From NCBI GenBank assembly GCA_902568875.1, contig CACFSG010000002.1, positions 1,564-65,563 of the forward strand: DNA of 64,000 nucleotides, in the 5' to 3' direction. The stretch is from an uncultured Pelagibacteraceae bacterium (lineage in GTDB: Bacteria > Pseudomonadota > Alphaproteobacteria > Pelagibacterales > Pelagibacteraceae). The translations under genes were made by a program, and so were the position numbers. The notes under the pieces are model-generated. The model did no database searches. It saw only the letters and a list, made by a program, of their open reading frames with translations, and was not told the origin of the DNA. Shown here in pieces: positions 30,339 to 42,083 of this stretch (position 1 is the stretch's first letter; each line of letters starts with the position of its first letter).

Positions 30339-31590
30339 TTTAAAAGAAATTAGAAAAGATTTTGATGTTTTTAAAAAAGCTCTTGAAAAAAGATCAGTTG
30401 ATATTGATTTTGAAAAACTTAAAAATTTAGATCTACAAAATAGAGAATTTATTCAAAAAAAAGAAAATTTAGAGAAAGAAAAAAAAGAGATTTCAAAATC
30501 CAAAGATAAATCTTTATTTGCAAAATCTAAAGAAATTTCTTTAGATATAGATAAAATTACAGAACAACAAAAAAAAGTTAAATCAGATTTAGATAAAATC
30601 TTATCAAATATACCAAATATTCCTCACTCAGATGTGCCGAATGGTAAAAATGAAAATGACAATGTTGAAGTTGCCAAATCAGGTCAAATACCACAATTCG
30701 ATTTTAAACCCAAATCTCATTATGAGTTAGGTGAAAAATTAGAAATGCTTGATTTTGATCTTGCCACTAAAACTACAGGTTCAAGATTTGTTTTTGTTAA
30801 AGATAAATTAGCTTTATTAGAAAGAGCTCTTTCAAACTTTATGTTAGATACTCATATTTTAAAAAATAAATATGTTGAAATATCACCTCCATTATTAGCT
30901 TCTGAAAATACTATGTTTGGTACTGGTCAGTTACCTAAATTTGAAAATGATCAATTTGAAGTTAAACTTGAAGAAGGAACTGGCAGAAAATTTTTAATAC
31001 CAACTGCTGAAGTTATTTTAACTAATATTGTTAAAGATAAAATTATAGATCTAAAAGATCTTCCTATGAGATTTGTTGCATCTACTCCTTGTTTTAGAAA
31101 AGAAGCAGGCAGTTATGGAAAAGACACAAAAGGTATGATTAGACAACATCAATTTTATAAAGTTGAAATGGTTAGTATAGTTGAACAATCTAAATGCTTA
31201 GAAGAATTAGAAAGAATGACTAATTGTGCAACGGATATTTTAGATCTTTTAGAATTACCATATAGAAAAATGATTTTATGTAGTGGTGATATGGGTTTTA
31301 GTGCTGAAAAAACTTATGATATAGAAGTGTGGTTACCTTCAGAAAATAAATATAGAGAAATTTCATCTTGTTCATCATGCTCTACATTTCAAGCTATAAG
31401 AATGAAAGCTAGATACAAAAATCAAAATAAAGAGACACTTTATGCAGGTACTTTAAATGGGAGCGGTTTAGCAGTAGGCAGAACTTTAATTGCTATCTTA
31501 GAAAATTATCAACAAAAAGATGGATCAATAACTATTCCAAAAATATTGAGACCTTATATGAATAAATTAGAAAAGATTTCGCTCAATTAA
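30331..31590 (+). CDS. serS: Serine--tRNA ligase
   Basis: [35 protein letters not shown] and [11 protein letters not shown] motifs. Confidence 0.96.
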   Translation: MHNLKEIRKDFDVFKKALEKRSVDIDFEKLKNLDLQNREFIQKKENLEKEKKEISKSKDKSLFAKSKEISLDIDKITEQQKKVKSDLDKILSNIPNIPHSDVPNGKNENDNVEVAKSGQIPQFDFKPKSHYELGEKLEMLDFDLATKTTGSRFVFVKDKLALLERALSNFMLDTHILKNKYVEISPPLLASENTMFGTGQLPKFENDQFEVKLEEGTGRKFLIPTAEVILTNIVKDKIIDLKDLPMRFVASTPCFRKEAGSYGKDTKGMIRQHQFYKVEMVSIVEQSKCLEELERMTNCATDILDLLELPYRKMILCSGDMGFSAEKTYDIEVWLPSENKYREISSCSSCSTFQAIRMKARYKNQNKETLYAGTLNGSGLAVGRTLIAILENYQQKDGSITIPKILRPYMNKLEKISLN

Positions 31591-31644
31591 AGTTGTTTTA
31601 ATCCTACAGATAGTATAAATATTCATTTTTAATTAAGGAGATTT

Positions 31645-31932
31645 ATGGAAAGTTCAGGAATAGCACAATTTATACCATTAATACTAATTTTTGTTATTTT
31701 TTATTTTTTGTTAATAAGACCTCAACAAAAAAAAGTTAAAGAACACAAAGCTATGGTTGAGAATTTAAAAAAAGGTGACAAAGTTGTGACTTCAGGAGGA
31801 ATTACAGGAACGATAACAAGAATTGTAGACAATGATAAAGTTGAAGTAGAAATTACTGATAATGTTGTGGTTGAAGTTATTAGAGGCACTGGCATTCAAA
31901 GTTTAATGAACACTCAAGAAATTAAGAAATAA
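31645..31932 (+). CDS. yajC: Preprotein translocase subunit YajC
   Basis: FYFLLIRPQQKK and LKKGDKVVTSGG motifs; SD AAGGAG. Confidence 0.94.
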   Translation: MESSGIAQFIPLILIFVIFYFLLIRPQQKKVKEHKAMVENLKKGDKVVTSGGITGTITRIVDNDKVEVEITDNVVVEVIRGTGIQSLMNTQEIKK

Positions 31933-31948
31933 ATTTTACTAAAATAAA

Positions 31949-33508
31949 GTGTTATATTTTTCAAAACTAAGAATAATTTTTATTTCGTTAATATCATTAT
32001 TATTTATTTTATTTGCTTCTTCTAATCTTTTTAAAGATAATAGTTTTTTTATTAATAAAAAAATAAATCTTGGTTTAGATTTACAAGGTGGGTCTTATCT
32101 TTTATTAGAAATTGATAATACACCAGTAATTGAACAAAAACTTCAAAATCTATCAATAAATATTAGAAATTATTTTAAAGAAAAAAATATTAGAATTAAC
32201 AATCTTAGACTTTTAAATCAAAAAATTTCTTTTTCTGTAAATGAACAATTTAAACAAATAATATTAGATACATTTACAGATGAAGAAAGTGATTTGAATC
32301 CTTATTATCCAAGATTTAAATCTCATCAATTAGATATAGTTGAAGAAAATAATTTTTTTATTGTTAACTATTCAAAACAAGGAATAATTGAAATTAAAAC
32401 TTCATCACAAGATCAAGCTCTAGAAATAGTAAGAAGAAGAATAGATGAGATTGGTACAAATGAACCTAATATTCTTAAAAGAGGTAATGATAGAATTTTA
32501 GTTGAATTACCAGGTTTAGATGATCCTATGAGAATTAAATCATTATTAGGCAAAACAGCTAATTTAACTTTTAGATTTGTTAGTAACAATAAAGAAGATT
32601 CTTTTGGTGTAGAAAATTTAAAATATGAAGATAGTGATGACGGTGATGAAGAAAGCGTTAGTAAAAGAATAATTTTAAGTGGTGATAATCTTTTAGATGC
32701 CCAACCTAGAATGGATGCTGAAACTAATGAAACTGTTGTTTCTTTTACACTTGATAGAGTAGGAGCTAAACGATTTGGTAAAGCTACATCTACTGGAATA
32801 GGAAAACAATTAGCAATTGTTTTAGATGGTAAAATTATAAGTGCTCCTGTTATAAGAGATATAATTGCAAGTGGATCAGGTCAAATTAGTGGTGGTTTTA
32901 CTTTTCAATCTGCTACTGACCTCGCTTTATTATTGAGATCTGGAGCATTACCTGCACCATTAAATATAATTGAAGAAAGAACTGTTGGACCTGACTTAGG
33001 ACAAGACTCAATAAATGCAGGAATAATTGCTTTAATTATTGGTTTTATGCTTGTGATAATTTTTATTTTTATAAAATATAAAATCTTTGGATTAATTACT
33101 AATATAACTTTAGTTATAAATTTATTTTTATTAATTGGTATTTTAACAATATTTGAGGCAACTTTAACTTTGCCAGGTATAGCTGGAATAATTTTAACTG
33201 TTGGTATGGCTGTTGATGCTAATGTATTAATCTTTGAAAGAATTAAAGAAGAACTAAAAAATGAAAAAAATAACTTAATAGCATTTGATAGTGGTTACAC
33301 TAAATCAAGAACAGCTATTCTTGATGCTAATATAACAACTTTATTAGCTGCGATTATATTATTTTTTATGGGCTCTGGTCCAATAAAGGGATTTTCTTTA
33401 ACATTAGGAGTTGGAATTTTTACAACTCTCTTTTCTGTATATTTTATAGCAAGATTATTAACTGTTTTATATGTTTCAAAAAATAAAGAAAAAGAAGGAT
33501 TAATATAA
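31949..33508 (+). CDS. secD: Protein translocase subunit SecD
   Basis: LGLDLQGG, RRRIDEIGTNEP, LRSGALPAP and AVDANVLIFERIKEE motifs; GTG start. Confidence 0.95.
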   Translation: MLYFSKLRIIFISLISLLFILFASSNLFKDNSFFINKKINLGLDLQGGSYLLLEIDNTPVIEQKLQNLSINIRNYFKEKNIRINNLRLLNQKISFSVNEQFKQIILDTFTDEESDLNPYYPRFKSHQLDIVEENNFFIVNYSKQGIIEIKTSSQDQALEIVRRRIDEIGTNEPNILKRGNDRILVELPGLDDPMRIKSLLGKTANLTFRFVSNNKEDSFGVENLKYEDSDDGDEESVSKRIILSGDNLLDAQPRMDAETNETVVSFTLDRVGAKRFGKATSTGIGKQLAIVLDGKIISAPVIRDIIASGSGQISGGFTFQSATDLALLLRSGALPAPLNIIEERTVGPDLGQDSINAGIIALIIGFMLVIIFIFIKYKIFGLITNITLVINLFLLIGILTIFEATLTLPGIAGIILTVGMAVDANVLIFERIKEELKNEKNNLIAFDSGYTKSRTAILDANITTLLAAIILFFMGSGPIKGFSLTLGVGIFTTLFSVYFIARLLTVLYVSKNKEKEGLI

Positions 33509-34396
33509 ATGATAGCTTTTAATAAATATTATAATAAATTTAATATTCTTTCTATTTCTTTGGTAGTGATTTCTTTATTATTATTAATATTTAAAGGCTT
33601 AAATTTTGGAATAGATTTTAAAGGTGGTACACTTATTGAACTTAGGTCAACAGATACAAAAATTAACGTTTCTTCTTTAAGAGATAATTTAAACCAGATG
33701 AATTTAGGAGATGTTTCAGTAAAAAATTTTGGTAATGAAAAGGATTTTTTAATTAAATTTGAAAATAATAGTAACAAAAATATTATAGAGGAAATAAAAT
33801 CTAATTTAGATAAATCTTTTGGAAATAAATTTAACTTTAGAAGAGTAGAAAATGTTGGTCCAAAAGTTAGTGCGGAATTATTACGATCAGGTGTTATAGC
33901 TATATCCGTTGCTCTATTTTTGATGCTTGTTTATATTTGGATTAGATTTGAATGGCAATTTAGTCTTGGAGCTATACTAGCTTTGTTTCATGATGTTAGT
34001 GTCACTTTAGGTTTATTTTCATTACTTGGACTTGAAATTAATTTATCAATTATTGCAGCTGTATTAACAATTGTTGGATATTCCATGAATGATACAGTTG
34101 TTATTTACGATAGAGTACGAGAAAATTTAAGAAAGTATTCAGATATAAAAATATATGAATTAACAAATATCTCAATTAATGAAACTTTATCAAGAACTTT
34201 AATTACATCTGTAACAACTTTATTAGCATTATTATCAATATTTTTCTTTGGAGGTGAAATTTTGAAAGGTTTTTCTCTTGCTATGATTTTTGGCGTTCTT
34301 TTTGGAACTTATTCTTCAATATATATTGCAAATACTATTTTAGTTAGACTTAAAGTTTCACAAAAAACAATTTTAAAAGATGATGATAAAAATTAA
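33509..34396 (+). CDS. secF: Protein translocase subunit SecF
   Basis: GIDFKGG, VGPKVS, HDV and GYSMNDTVVIYDRVRE motifs. Confidence 0.95.
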   Translation: MIAFNKYYNKFNILSISLVVISLLLLIFKGLNFGIDFKGGTLIELRSTDTKINVSSLRDNLNQMNLGDVSVKNFGNEKDFLIKFENNSNKNIIEEIKSNLDKSFGNKFNFRRVENVGPKVSAELLRSGVIAISVALFLMLVYIWIRFEWQFSLGAILALFHDVSVTLGLFSLLGLEINLSIIAAVLTIVGYSMNDTVVIYDRVRENLRKYSDIKIYELTNISINETLSRTLITSVTTLLALLSIFFFGGEILKGFSLAMIFGVLFGTYSSIYIANTILVRLKVSQKTILKDDDKN

Positions 34397-34995
34397 TATA
34401 AATTTTGAGCAGCTACCATTGTAAGTAACATTGGCAATGATAACAAAGTATTTGTTCTAGAAAATAGCATAGCAGTTCTTGCAGATTTAGCTTTTAAATC
34501 TGGTTCACATTCGACAATTCCCAATGCTCTTTTTTGATTTGGCCAAATCACAAACCAAACATTAAATGCCATTATAATACCAAGCCACATTCCAATACCT
34601 ATAGCTGTATGTTTTGGAACACCCGATCCAATACTTAATGTCATCGCATCATGTAAATAACCATTTAAGTGAGCAACTATTAATCCTGATAAAATTGTTA
34701 AAGCAGCAGCCCATCTAAAATAAAACAGAGCAGCAGGAGCTATTACTTTTCCAATAGCAGGTTTTTGCTCATCCGGAATTTTAGCCATATTTGGAATTTG
34801 AACAAAATTGAAATACCAAAGTAAACCAATCCACATAATACCCACAATAACATGTGTATATCTCGCTACCCAACTCCAGAAAAGTATATCAAAGGTAAAA
34901 CCATCATTTTGATAGAATAAACCTAAAAATAAAATAACAGCTAGAGCCAATGAAGCATGGATTGTCTTAGATAAAGATGAAAGCAAATTTCCCAT
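34393..34995 (-). CDS. Urate-oxidase N-terminal (PuuD-like) integral membrane protein lacking the cytochrome c domain
   Basis: RYTHVIVGIMWIGLLWYFNFVQIP, FRWAA, IMAFNVWFVIWPNQK and SRTNTLLSLPML motifs; no CxxCH. Confidence 0.7.
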   Translation of the reverse strand: MGNLLSSLSKTIHASLALAVILFLGLFYQNDGFTFDILFWSWVARYTHVIVGIMWIGLLWYFNFVQIPNMAKIPDEQKPAIGKVIAPAALFYFRWAAALTILSGLIVAHLNGYLHDAMTLSIGSGVPKHTAIGIGMWLGIIMAFNVWFVIWPNQKRALGIVECEPDLKAKSARTAMLFSRTNTLLSLPMLLTMVAAQNLY

Positions 34996-35043
34996 TTAAA
35001 TAAATTATATACTAATTTTAAATAAATATAAAAATATATTTTT

Positions 35044-37899
35044 CTAGTTTAATAAAGGTTTTAAAAATTTACCTGTGTAACTTTCATTAATTTTGCAAAT
35101 TTCCTCTGGTTTTCCCTCTGCGATAATTTTTCCACCTTTTACACCTCCTTCAGGTCCCATATCTACAATATAATCAGCAGTCTTTATTACATCTAAATTG
35201 TGTTCAATTACTACAACTGTATTTCCTAAAGAAACAAATGTATGAAGAATCTCAAGTAATTTTTTGATATCGTGTTGGTGTAATCCTGTTGTTGGTTCAT
35301 CTAAAATATACATTGTTCTACCTGTTGATCTTTTGGACAATTCCTTAGCTAATTTAATTCTTTGAGCTTCTCCACCTGAGAGTGTTGTCGCTTGTTGTCC
35401 TATTTTTATGTATCCTAAACCAACCTTTTTTAAAGTAAGTAATTTTGTTTTTATATTTGAAATATTTTCAAAATATTCACAACCTTCATCGACAGTCATA
35501 TTTAAAACATCAGCAATACTTTTATCTTTAAATTTTATTTCTAAAGTTTCACGATTATAACGAGTACCTTTACATTCATCACATTGTATATAAACATCAG
35601 GAAGAAAATGCATTTCATAGGTAATGACTCCATCACCTTCACAAGCTTCACATCTACCGCCCTTAACATTAAATGAAAATCTACCTGGTTTATATCCTCT
35701 AGTTTTAGATTCTGGTAATCCTGTAAACCAATCTCTTATAGGACCAAAAGCACCTGTATAAGTTGCGGGATTAGATCTTGGAGTTCTTCCAATGGGCGAT
35801 TGATCTATATTTATAATTTTATCAATTAACTCTGTACCTTTAAATCCTTTGAAAGGTTTTGGAATTTTTCTAGATTTGTTATTATTTAAAGTTAAGTTTA
35901 AGGCATTGTAAAGAGTTTGTAATACAAGTGTTGATTTACCACTTCCAGATACTCCAGTAACACAAGTTAAACTACCCAATGGTATTTTTAAATTAACATT
36001 ATTTAAATTATTTCCTGTAGCTCCAGTAATTTCTAAAAATCTACCATTTTTGGCCAATCTTCTTTTTTGAGGAATGTTAATTTTAAGTTTATTTGAAAGA
36101 TATTTACCTGTTATGCTATTTTTATTTTGACTAATATCTTCTAAACTACCTTGCGCAACTATTTCTCCACCATTGTTTCCAGCGTCAGGTCCAAGATCTA
36201 TAATATGGTCTGCGCTTTCCATAGTTTCAGTATCATGTTCGACAACAATTACTGTGTTACCTAAATCTCGTAATCTTTTTAATGCAGCTATAAGTTTAAT
36301 ATTGTCTTTTTGATGAAGACCAATGGAAGGTTCATCAAGCACATACAATACTCCAGTTAAGCCAGATCCTATTTGAGAAGCTAATCTTATTCTTTGAGCT
36401 TCACCACCTGATAATGTTCCTGACTCTCTTGATAAAGTTAAATAATCAAGACCAACATTTAATAAAAAATTTAATCTTTCATTAATTTCTTTTAAAATAT
36501 GTTCAGCAATTTTAACTTGCTTTTTATCTAAATTATTTTTAAGATTTTCAAACCATTTAGAAGCATCTGAAATTGATTTTTCAGAAACTTCACTAATGTG
36601 TAAATTATTAATTTTAACACAAAGAGCTTCATCTTTTAATCTATGACCATTACATCTTTCACATTTTGTATCAGATTGATATTGAGCAATTTCTTCTCTT
36701 TTCCAATCACTATCAGTTTCAAGATATCTTCTTTCTAAATTATTAATTACGCCTTCAAAGGTTTTTTTGTGAGAGTATTTTTCATATCCATCATCATAAG
36801 TAAATTTTATTATTTCGTCGTCTGAACCATAAAGAATTATATCTTTTATTTTTTTTGAAAGTTTTGACCATTTTTCTTCCAATGAAAAACCATAATGTTT
36901 AGATAAAGATGAAAGTGTTTGAGCATAATATAAAGTTGTAGTTTTTGCCCAAGGTTCTATTGCTCCATCTATAATACTTTTTTTTTCGTTTGGTATAACT
37001 AAATTTGGATCTACATTTAACTTGATACCTATACCTTCGCATTCTTCACACGCACCAAAAGGACTGTTAAAGGAAAAAAGTCTTGGTTCAATCTCTTCAA
37101 TTGTAAAACCACTTTCTGGACAAGCAAATTTTGTAGAAAATATTAATTTTTCTAATTTTCTTAATTTTTTTGGTAATGTTTCATCTTCGTATTCTACAAA
37201 AATCAAACCGTTCGCTAAATTTACTGAAGTTTCAATACTTTCAGCCAATCTATTTCCTAAAGATGAGTTTAAAACTATTCTATCTACAAGAATATAAATA
37301 TCGTGTTTAATTTTCTTATTTAATTCAGGTACCTTATCAATGTCATATAAAACATTATCTATTTTAATTTTTCTAAAACCTCTTTTTTTATAATTTAAAA
37401 TTTCTTTTCTATATTCACCCTTACGTCCTCTGATTACAGGAGCATAAATATAAATTGTAGCTTTTTTGGGAAGTTCTTTAATTTTGTCTACAATTTGAGT
37501 GACTGTTTGTGATTTTATAGGTTTACCTGTAAAAGGTGAGTAGGGTATTCCAGCTCTAGCATAAAGAACTCTCATATAATCATAAATTTCAGTAACAGTA
37601 GCAACTGTAGATCTAGGATTTTTAGATGTATTTTTTTGTTCTATAGATATAGCCGGACTTAACCCTTCAATTAAATCGACATTTGGTTTTTTCATTTTGT
37701 CTAAAAATTGTCTTGCATAAGCAGACAAACTTTCAACATATCTTCTTTGTCCCTCTGCATATACGGTATCAAATGCTAGAGATGATTTTCCAGATCCAGA
37801 TAAACCCGTAATAACAACAAATTTATCTTTTGGTATTTCTAAAGAAATATTCTTTAAATTATGTTCTTTAGCTCCCTTAATAACTATCTTTTTAATCAT
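35044..37899 (-). CDS. uvrA: Excinuclease ABC subunit A
   Basis: [14 protein letters not shown], two ABC cassettes (LSGGEAQRI), and zinc-finger Cys pairs. Confidence 0.97.
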   Translation of the reverse strand: MIKKIVIKGAKEHNLKNISLEIPKDKFVVITGLSGSGKSSLAFDTVYAEGQRRYVESLSAYARQFLDKMKKPNVDLIEGLSPAISIEQKNTSKNPRSTVATVTEIYDYMRVLYARAGIPYSPFTGKPIKSQTVTQIVDKIKELPKKATIYIYAPVIRGRKGEYRKEILNYKKRGFRKIKIDNVLYDIDKVPELNKKIKHDIYILVDRIVLNSSLGNRLAESIETSVNLANGLIFVEYEDETLPKKLRKLEKLIFSTKFACPESGFTIEEIEPRLFSFNSPFGACEECEGIGIKLNVDPNLVIPNEKKSIIDGAIEPWAKTTTLYYAQTLSSLSKHYGFSLEEKWSKLSKKIKDIILYGSDDEIIKFTYDDGYEKYSHKKTFEGVINNLERRYLETDSDWKREEIAQYQSDTKCERCNGHRLKDEALCVKINNLHISEVSEKSISDASKWFENLKNNLDKKQVKIAEHILKEINERLNFLLNVGLDYLTLSRESGTLSGGEAQRIRLASQIGSGLTGVLYVLDEPSIGLHQKDNIKLIAALKRLRDLGNTVIVVEHDTETMESADHIIDLGPDAGNNGGEIVAQGSLEDISQNKNSITGKYLSNKLKINIPQKRRLAKNGRFLEITGATGNNLNNVNLKIPLGSLTCVTGVSGSGKSTLVLQTLYNALNLTLNNNKSRKIPKPFKGFKGTELIDKIINIDQSPIGRTPRSNPATYTGAFGPIRDWFTGLPESKTRGYKPGRFSFNVKGGRCEACEGDGVITYEMHFLPDVYIQCDECKGTRYNRETLEIKFKDKSIADVLNMTVDEGCEYFENISNIKTKLLTLKKVGLGYIKIGQQATTLSGGEAQRIKLAKELSKRSTGRTMYILDEPTTGLHQHDIKKLLEILHTFVSLGNTVVVIEHNLDVIKTADYIVDMGPEGGVKGGKIIAEGKPEEICKINESYTGKFLKPLLN

Positions 37900-37989
37900 A
37901 ATTTTTCTTGCTTTGACCTAATAAAATTAATATTCAGAGTAAATTGTGATATAATTCTAATTAATTAATTTAACAAATAATAAAATATT

Positions 37990-38445
37990 ATGGCTGGAAG
38001 TTTAAATAAAGTACTTTTAATTGGTCGTTTGGGCGCAGATCCGGAAATTAAACAAATGATTAATGGTAAAAACGTTGCAAGATTAAGCTTAGCTACAAGT
38101 CAATCTTGGAAAGATAAAAATACAGGTGAAAAAAAAGAAAAAACAGAATGGCACCGTATAGTTGTATTTAACGAAGGTTTAGTAAATGTGGTTCAACAGT
38201 ATTTAAAAAAAGGTGCTCAAATCTATGTTGAGGGTCAATTAACAACTAGAAAATGGAAAGATGAACAATCTGGTCAAGATAAATATTCTACTGAAATAGT
38301 TATTCAAGGTTACAATTCATCTTTAACAATGTTAGGAGGTGGAAACTCTGGTGGTGGAATAACCAAAGATGATACTAAATCTTCTAATAATAATGAAGAC
38401 ATATCTCAAATATCTAATGATATGGATGACGAAATTCCATTTTAA
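37990..38445 (+). CDS. ssb: Single-stranded DNA-binding protein
   Basis: [20 protein letters not shown], and C-terminal DDEIPF. Confidence 0.97.
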   Translation: MAGSLNKVLLIGRLGADPEIKQMINGKNVARLSLATSQSWKDKNTGEKKEKTEWHRIVVFNEGLVNVVQQYLKKGAQIYVEGQLTTRKWKDEQSGQDKYSTEIVIQGYNSSLTMLGGGNSGGGITKDDTKSSNNNEDISQISNDMDDEIPF

Positions 38446-38450
38446 GATTT

Positions 38451-41030
38451 ATGCAAAAAATAGAAGTTCCTCAAGATAAAAATATTAAATTAATATCTAT
38501 GCATGATGAGATGAGTTCGTCTTATCTTTCTTATGCTATGAGTGTTATAGTAAGTAGAGCACTACCAGACATTAGAGATGGATTAAAACCAGTTCATAGA
38601 AGAATTTTATATGCAATGCATAAAGGCGGTTACGATTGGTCAAAACAATTTAGGAAATCTGCAAGAATAGTAGGGGATGTTATAGGTAAATATCACCCAC
38701 ATGGAGATCAATCAGTTTATGATGCGTTGGTTCGTATGGTTCAAGATTTTTCAATGAGCTTACCTTTAGTAGATGGACAAGGAAATTTTGGATCAATTGA
38801 TGGAGATCCACCTGCGGCAATGAGATATACTGAAACAAGATTGTCAAAAGTTTCTCAATTTTTAATTGATGATATTGAAAAAAATACAATTATTTTTAAA
38901 AGCAATTATGATGAAACAGAAAAAGAACCAACAGTTTTACCAGCACAATTTCCAAATTTATTAGTAAATGGTGCTGGAGGTATAGCCGTAGGTATGGCCA
39001 CAAGTATACCACCACATAATCTAGGTGAAATAATTAATGGAACATTAGCTTTAATTGAAAACAAAGATATAAAAATAAAAGATTTAATGAAACATATACC
39101 TGGCCCAGATTTTCCAACAGGTGGAGTTATAATTGGAAAAGACATGATAAAACAAGGCTATAATAAAGGAAGAGGTTCTTTTAAAATTAGAGGAGAAATT
39201 TCTATTGAAAGTTTGAAAAATGGAAGAGAAAGACTTGTTATTACTTCAATACCATATCAAGTAAATAAATCTGTTCTAAATGAAAGAATAGCACAGCTTG
39301 TAAGAGAAAAAAAAATAGAAGGCATTAGAGACATAAGAGATGAGTCTAATCGAGAAGGTATTAGAGTTTCAATTGATTTAAGAAATGGAGTAGAACCAGA
39401 AACTGTTAAAAGACAATTATATAAGAATACTCAAATTGAAAGTTCTTTTGGATTTAATACCTTAGCCATTGTTAATGGTAAACCAGAAACTTGTAATCTT
39501 AAGGATTTTTTAACAAATTTTTTATCTTTTAGAGAAGATGTAGTTGTTAAAAAAACAAAATTTGATTTAAAAAAAGCAGAGGAGAGAGCTCATATATTAA
39601 TCGGTTTATCAGTATCTGTTGAAAACTTAGATAAAGTAATTAAGATTATTAGATCTTCTAAAACTCCTGATGATGCAAAAAAATCAATTTTAAAAATTAA
39701 ATGGAAAATAAATAAATCACGGAAAATGATTTCATTAATTGAAAATAAAAAATCTAAAGGAATTTATTCACTTTCAGAACTACAAGTTAATGCAATATTA
39801 GAATTAAGATTACAAAAATTAACTGCATTAGGAGTAAATGAAATTGAAGTTGAAATAAAAAAATTAGCTGACTTAATAACTAAATATAAAAAAATAATTT
39901 CATCAAAAAAAGAATTATTAAAAGTTATTAGTGAAGAATTAAAAAATATTAAAGAAAAATATTCTTTGCCAAGAAGGACAAAAATTATTGATGCAGTACT
40001 TAATTATGATATTGAGGAAACCATTCAAAAACAATCAGTTTTAATTACAGTAACATTACAGGGCTATATAAAAAGAGGATCTTTAAATAGTGTTAAAACT
40101 CAAAAAAGAGGAGGTAAAGGCAAAACAGGCATAACCACTAGAAACGAAGACTCTGTAGTACAAACTTTATCAGTTAATACTCACACATCTGTTTTATTTT
40201 TCTCAACCGAAGGTTTGGTTTATAGAATTAAAGCCTGGAAAATCCCAGAAGGATCATCAATTTCAAAAGGTAAATCATTATTTAATATTTTACCATTAAA
40301 AAGCCATCAATCTATCAGCTCAATTATGCCATTTCCTGAAAACGAATCTGAATTAAAAAATTATCAAATTGTTTTCGCTACATCACAAGGGAAAATCAGA
40401 AAAAACAGTTTAGAGGATTTTTCTTCTATTAATTCTTCAGGAAAAATAGCTATGAAATTAGATACTAATGATAAAATTATTGGTGTTAAAATTTGTAAAG
40501 ATGATCAAGATATTATTTTAAGTACTAAATTTGGAAAATGTATTCGTTTTGAGTCAAAAAAATTAAGAGTTTTTAAAGGCAGATCTTCAAAAGGTATAAA
40601 AGGTATAGTTTTAGCTCCGAATGACCAAATAGTATCATTATCTATAATTGATAGTGACAAATATTTAAAAAATGGAAAAAAATCTAAAGATGAAAAATCT
40701 GAATTAAAAGCTAAAGAAAAATTTATTTTATCAATAACAGAAAATGGTTTTGGAAAAAAAACATCTCATAAAGATTATAGAGTTACAAATCGTGGCGGTA
40801 AGGGAATAATAGGTATTATTAACTCACCAAGAAATGGTAACATCTCATCATCATTTCCTGTCTTTGATGGTGATGAAATATTAATTTCAACTAATAAAGG
40901 TAGAGTAATACGAGTAGCGGTAAAAGAAATTCGAACAGCAGGAAGAAATACTCAAGGTGTCAGAATTATTAAGTTATCAGGTGAAGAAAAAGTTGTTTCA
41001 GCCGATAAAATTGATGATAATTTAGTTTGA
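38451..41030 (+). CDS. gyrA: DNA gyrase subunit A
   Basis: [29 protein letters not shown], and GyrA-box QKRGGKG. Confidence 0.97.
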   Translation: MQKIEVPQDKNIKLISMHDEMSSSYLSYAMSVIVSRALPDIRDGLKPVHRRILYAMHKGGYDWSKQFRKSARIVGDVIGKYHPHGDQSVYDALVRMVQDFSMSLPLVDGQGNFGSIDGDPPAAMRYTETRLSKVSQFLIDDIEKNTIIFKSNYDETEKEPTVLPAQFPNLLVNGAGGIAVGMATSIPPHNLGEIINGTLALIENKDIKIKDLMKHIPGPDFPTGGVIIGKDMIKQGYNKGRGSFKIRGEISIESLKNGRERLVITSIPYQVNKSVLNERIAQLVREKKIEGIRDIRDESNREGIRVSIDLRNGVEPETVKRQLYKNTQIESSFGFNTLAIVNGKPETCNLKDFLTNFLSFREDVVVKKTKFDLKKAEERAHILIGLSVSVENLDKVIKIIRSSKTPDDAKKSILKIKWKINKSRKMISLIENKKSKGIYSLSELQVNAILELRLQKLTALGVNEIEVEIKKLADLITKYKKIISSKKELLKVISEELKNIKEKYSLPRRTKIIDAVLNYDIEETIQKQSVLITVTLQGYIKRGSLNSVKTQKRGGKGKTGITTRNEDSVVQTLSVNTHTSVLFFSTEGLVYRIKAWKIPEGSSISKGKSLFNILPLKSHQSISSIMPFPENESELKNYQIVFATSQGKIRKNSLEDFSSINSSGKIAMKLDTNDKIIGVKICKDDQDIILSTKFGKCIRFESKKLRVFKGRSSKGIKGIVLAPNDQIVSLSIIDSDKYLKNGKKSKDEKSELKAKEKFILSITENGFGKKTSHKDYRVTNRGGKGIIGIINSPRNGNISSSFPVFDGDEILISTNKGRVIRVAVKEIRTAGRNTQGVRIIKLSGEEKVVSADKIDDNLV

Positions 41031-41524
41031 TGAATAAAGTAGCCATATATCCTGGTACATTCGATCCAATTACATTTGGTCATATAGACGTAATTAAAAA
41101 AGGTTTAAAATTATTTGATAAAATTGTAGTAGCAGTTTCAAATGTAGATAATAAAGATTACCTTTTTGATTGTGAAGAGAGAATAGAAATTGTTAAAAAA
41201 GCATTATTTTCTGATCTTAAACTTAATAAAAAAAAGATTACTGTAATTTCATTTACATCGTTAACTACAGATTTATGTAAAAAATATAAATCTAATATTA
41301 TTTTAAGAGGTTTGAGAGCTGTATCAGATTTCGAATATGAATTTCAATTAGCAGGTATGAATCGTAAACTTAATAAGAATATTGAAACATTATTTCTGAT
41401 GTCTGATGTTGAAAATCAAATTATATCTTCCAAATTTGTTAAAGAAATTATCAAATTAAAAGGTAATATAAAAAAATTTACTACTAAAAGTACTATTAAA
41501 TTATTAAAAAGAAAATATGAATAA
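41030..41524 (+). CDS. coaD: Phosphopantetheine adenylyltransferase
   Basis: YPGTFDPITFGH and RGLRAVSDFEYEFQ motifs; TGATG overlap with gyrA. Confidence 0.95.
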   Translation: MNKVAIYPGTFDPITFGHIDVIKKGLKLFDKIVVAVSNVDNKDYLFDCEERIEIVKKALFSDLKLNKKKITVISFTSLTTDLCKKYKSNIILRGLRAVSDFEYEFQLAGMNRKLNKNIETLFLMSDVENQIISSKFVKEIIKLKGNIKKFTTKSTIKLLKRKYE

Positions 41525-42077
41525 AATTTTTATAAATATATTAATTTTCTTTTTTTTAACAACAAACCAAACAATGTCAGAGGAGAATATAATGATTTTA
41601 AAACTTAAAGATGGTGATGTTAAAATAGAGTTATTTGAAGATGTGGCACCAAATCATGTAAAAAGAATTAAAGAGTTAGCTGATAATGGCAAATATGACA
41701 ATGTTGTTTTTCATAGAGTTATTGATGGATTTATGGCGCAAACTGGTGATGTTCAATTTGGCAATTCATCATCAGGTAATTTTGATTTAAGAAAAGCTGG
41801 TATGGGTGGTTCAGATTTACCTGATTTAAAACAAGAATTTAATAAACTTCCACATGATAGAGGAACTTTATCAATGGCTAGATCTACCGATCCTAATAGT
41901 GCCAATAGTCAATTTTTTATTTGTTTTAAACCTGCTCCTTTTTTAGATAATCAATATACAGTATTTGGTAAAGTTATTGATGGAATGGAATATGTAGATA
42001 ATATTAAAAGAGGTGATGAAAATAATAATGGTGCTGTTTCAGATCCAGATAAAATAATTAGTTTTAAATCATTATAA
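41517..42077 (+). CDS. Cyclophilin-type peptidyl-prolyl cis-trans isomerase with signal peptide
   Basis: FHRVIDGFMAQTGD, GTLSMAR, ANSQFFI and YTVFG motifs. Confidence 0.93.
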   Translation: MNKIFINILIFFFLTTNQTMSEENIMILKLKDGDVKIELFEDVAPNHVKRIKELADNGKYDNVVFHRVIDGFMAQTGDVQFGNSSSGNFDLRKAGMGGSDLPDLKQEFNKLPHDRGTLSMARSTDPNSANSQFFICFKPAPFLDNQYTVFGKVIDGMEYVDNIKRGDENNNGAVSDPDKIISFKSL

Positions 42078-42083
42078 ACTTTA

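Noticed and set aside
37900-37989. LexA box in the uvrA/ssb divergent spacer
   Set aside because: No convincing GTTC-N7-GTTC or GAAC-N7-GAAC repeat is visible.
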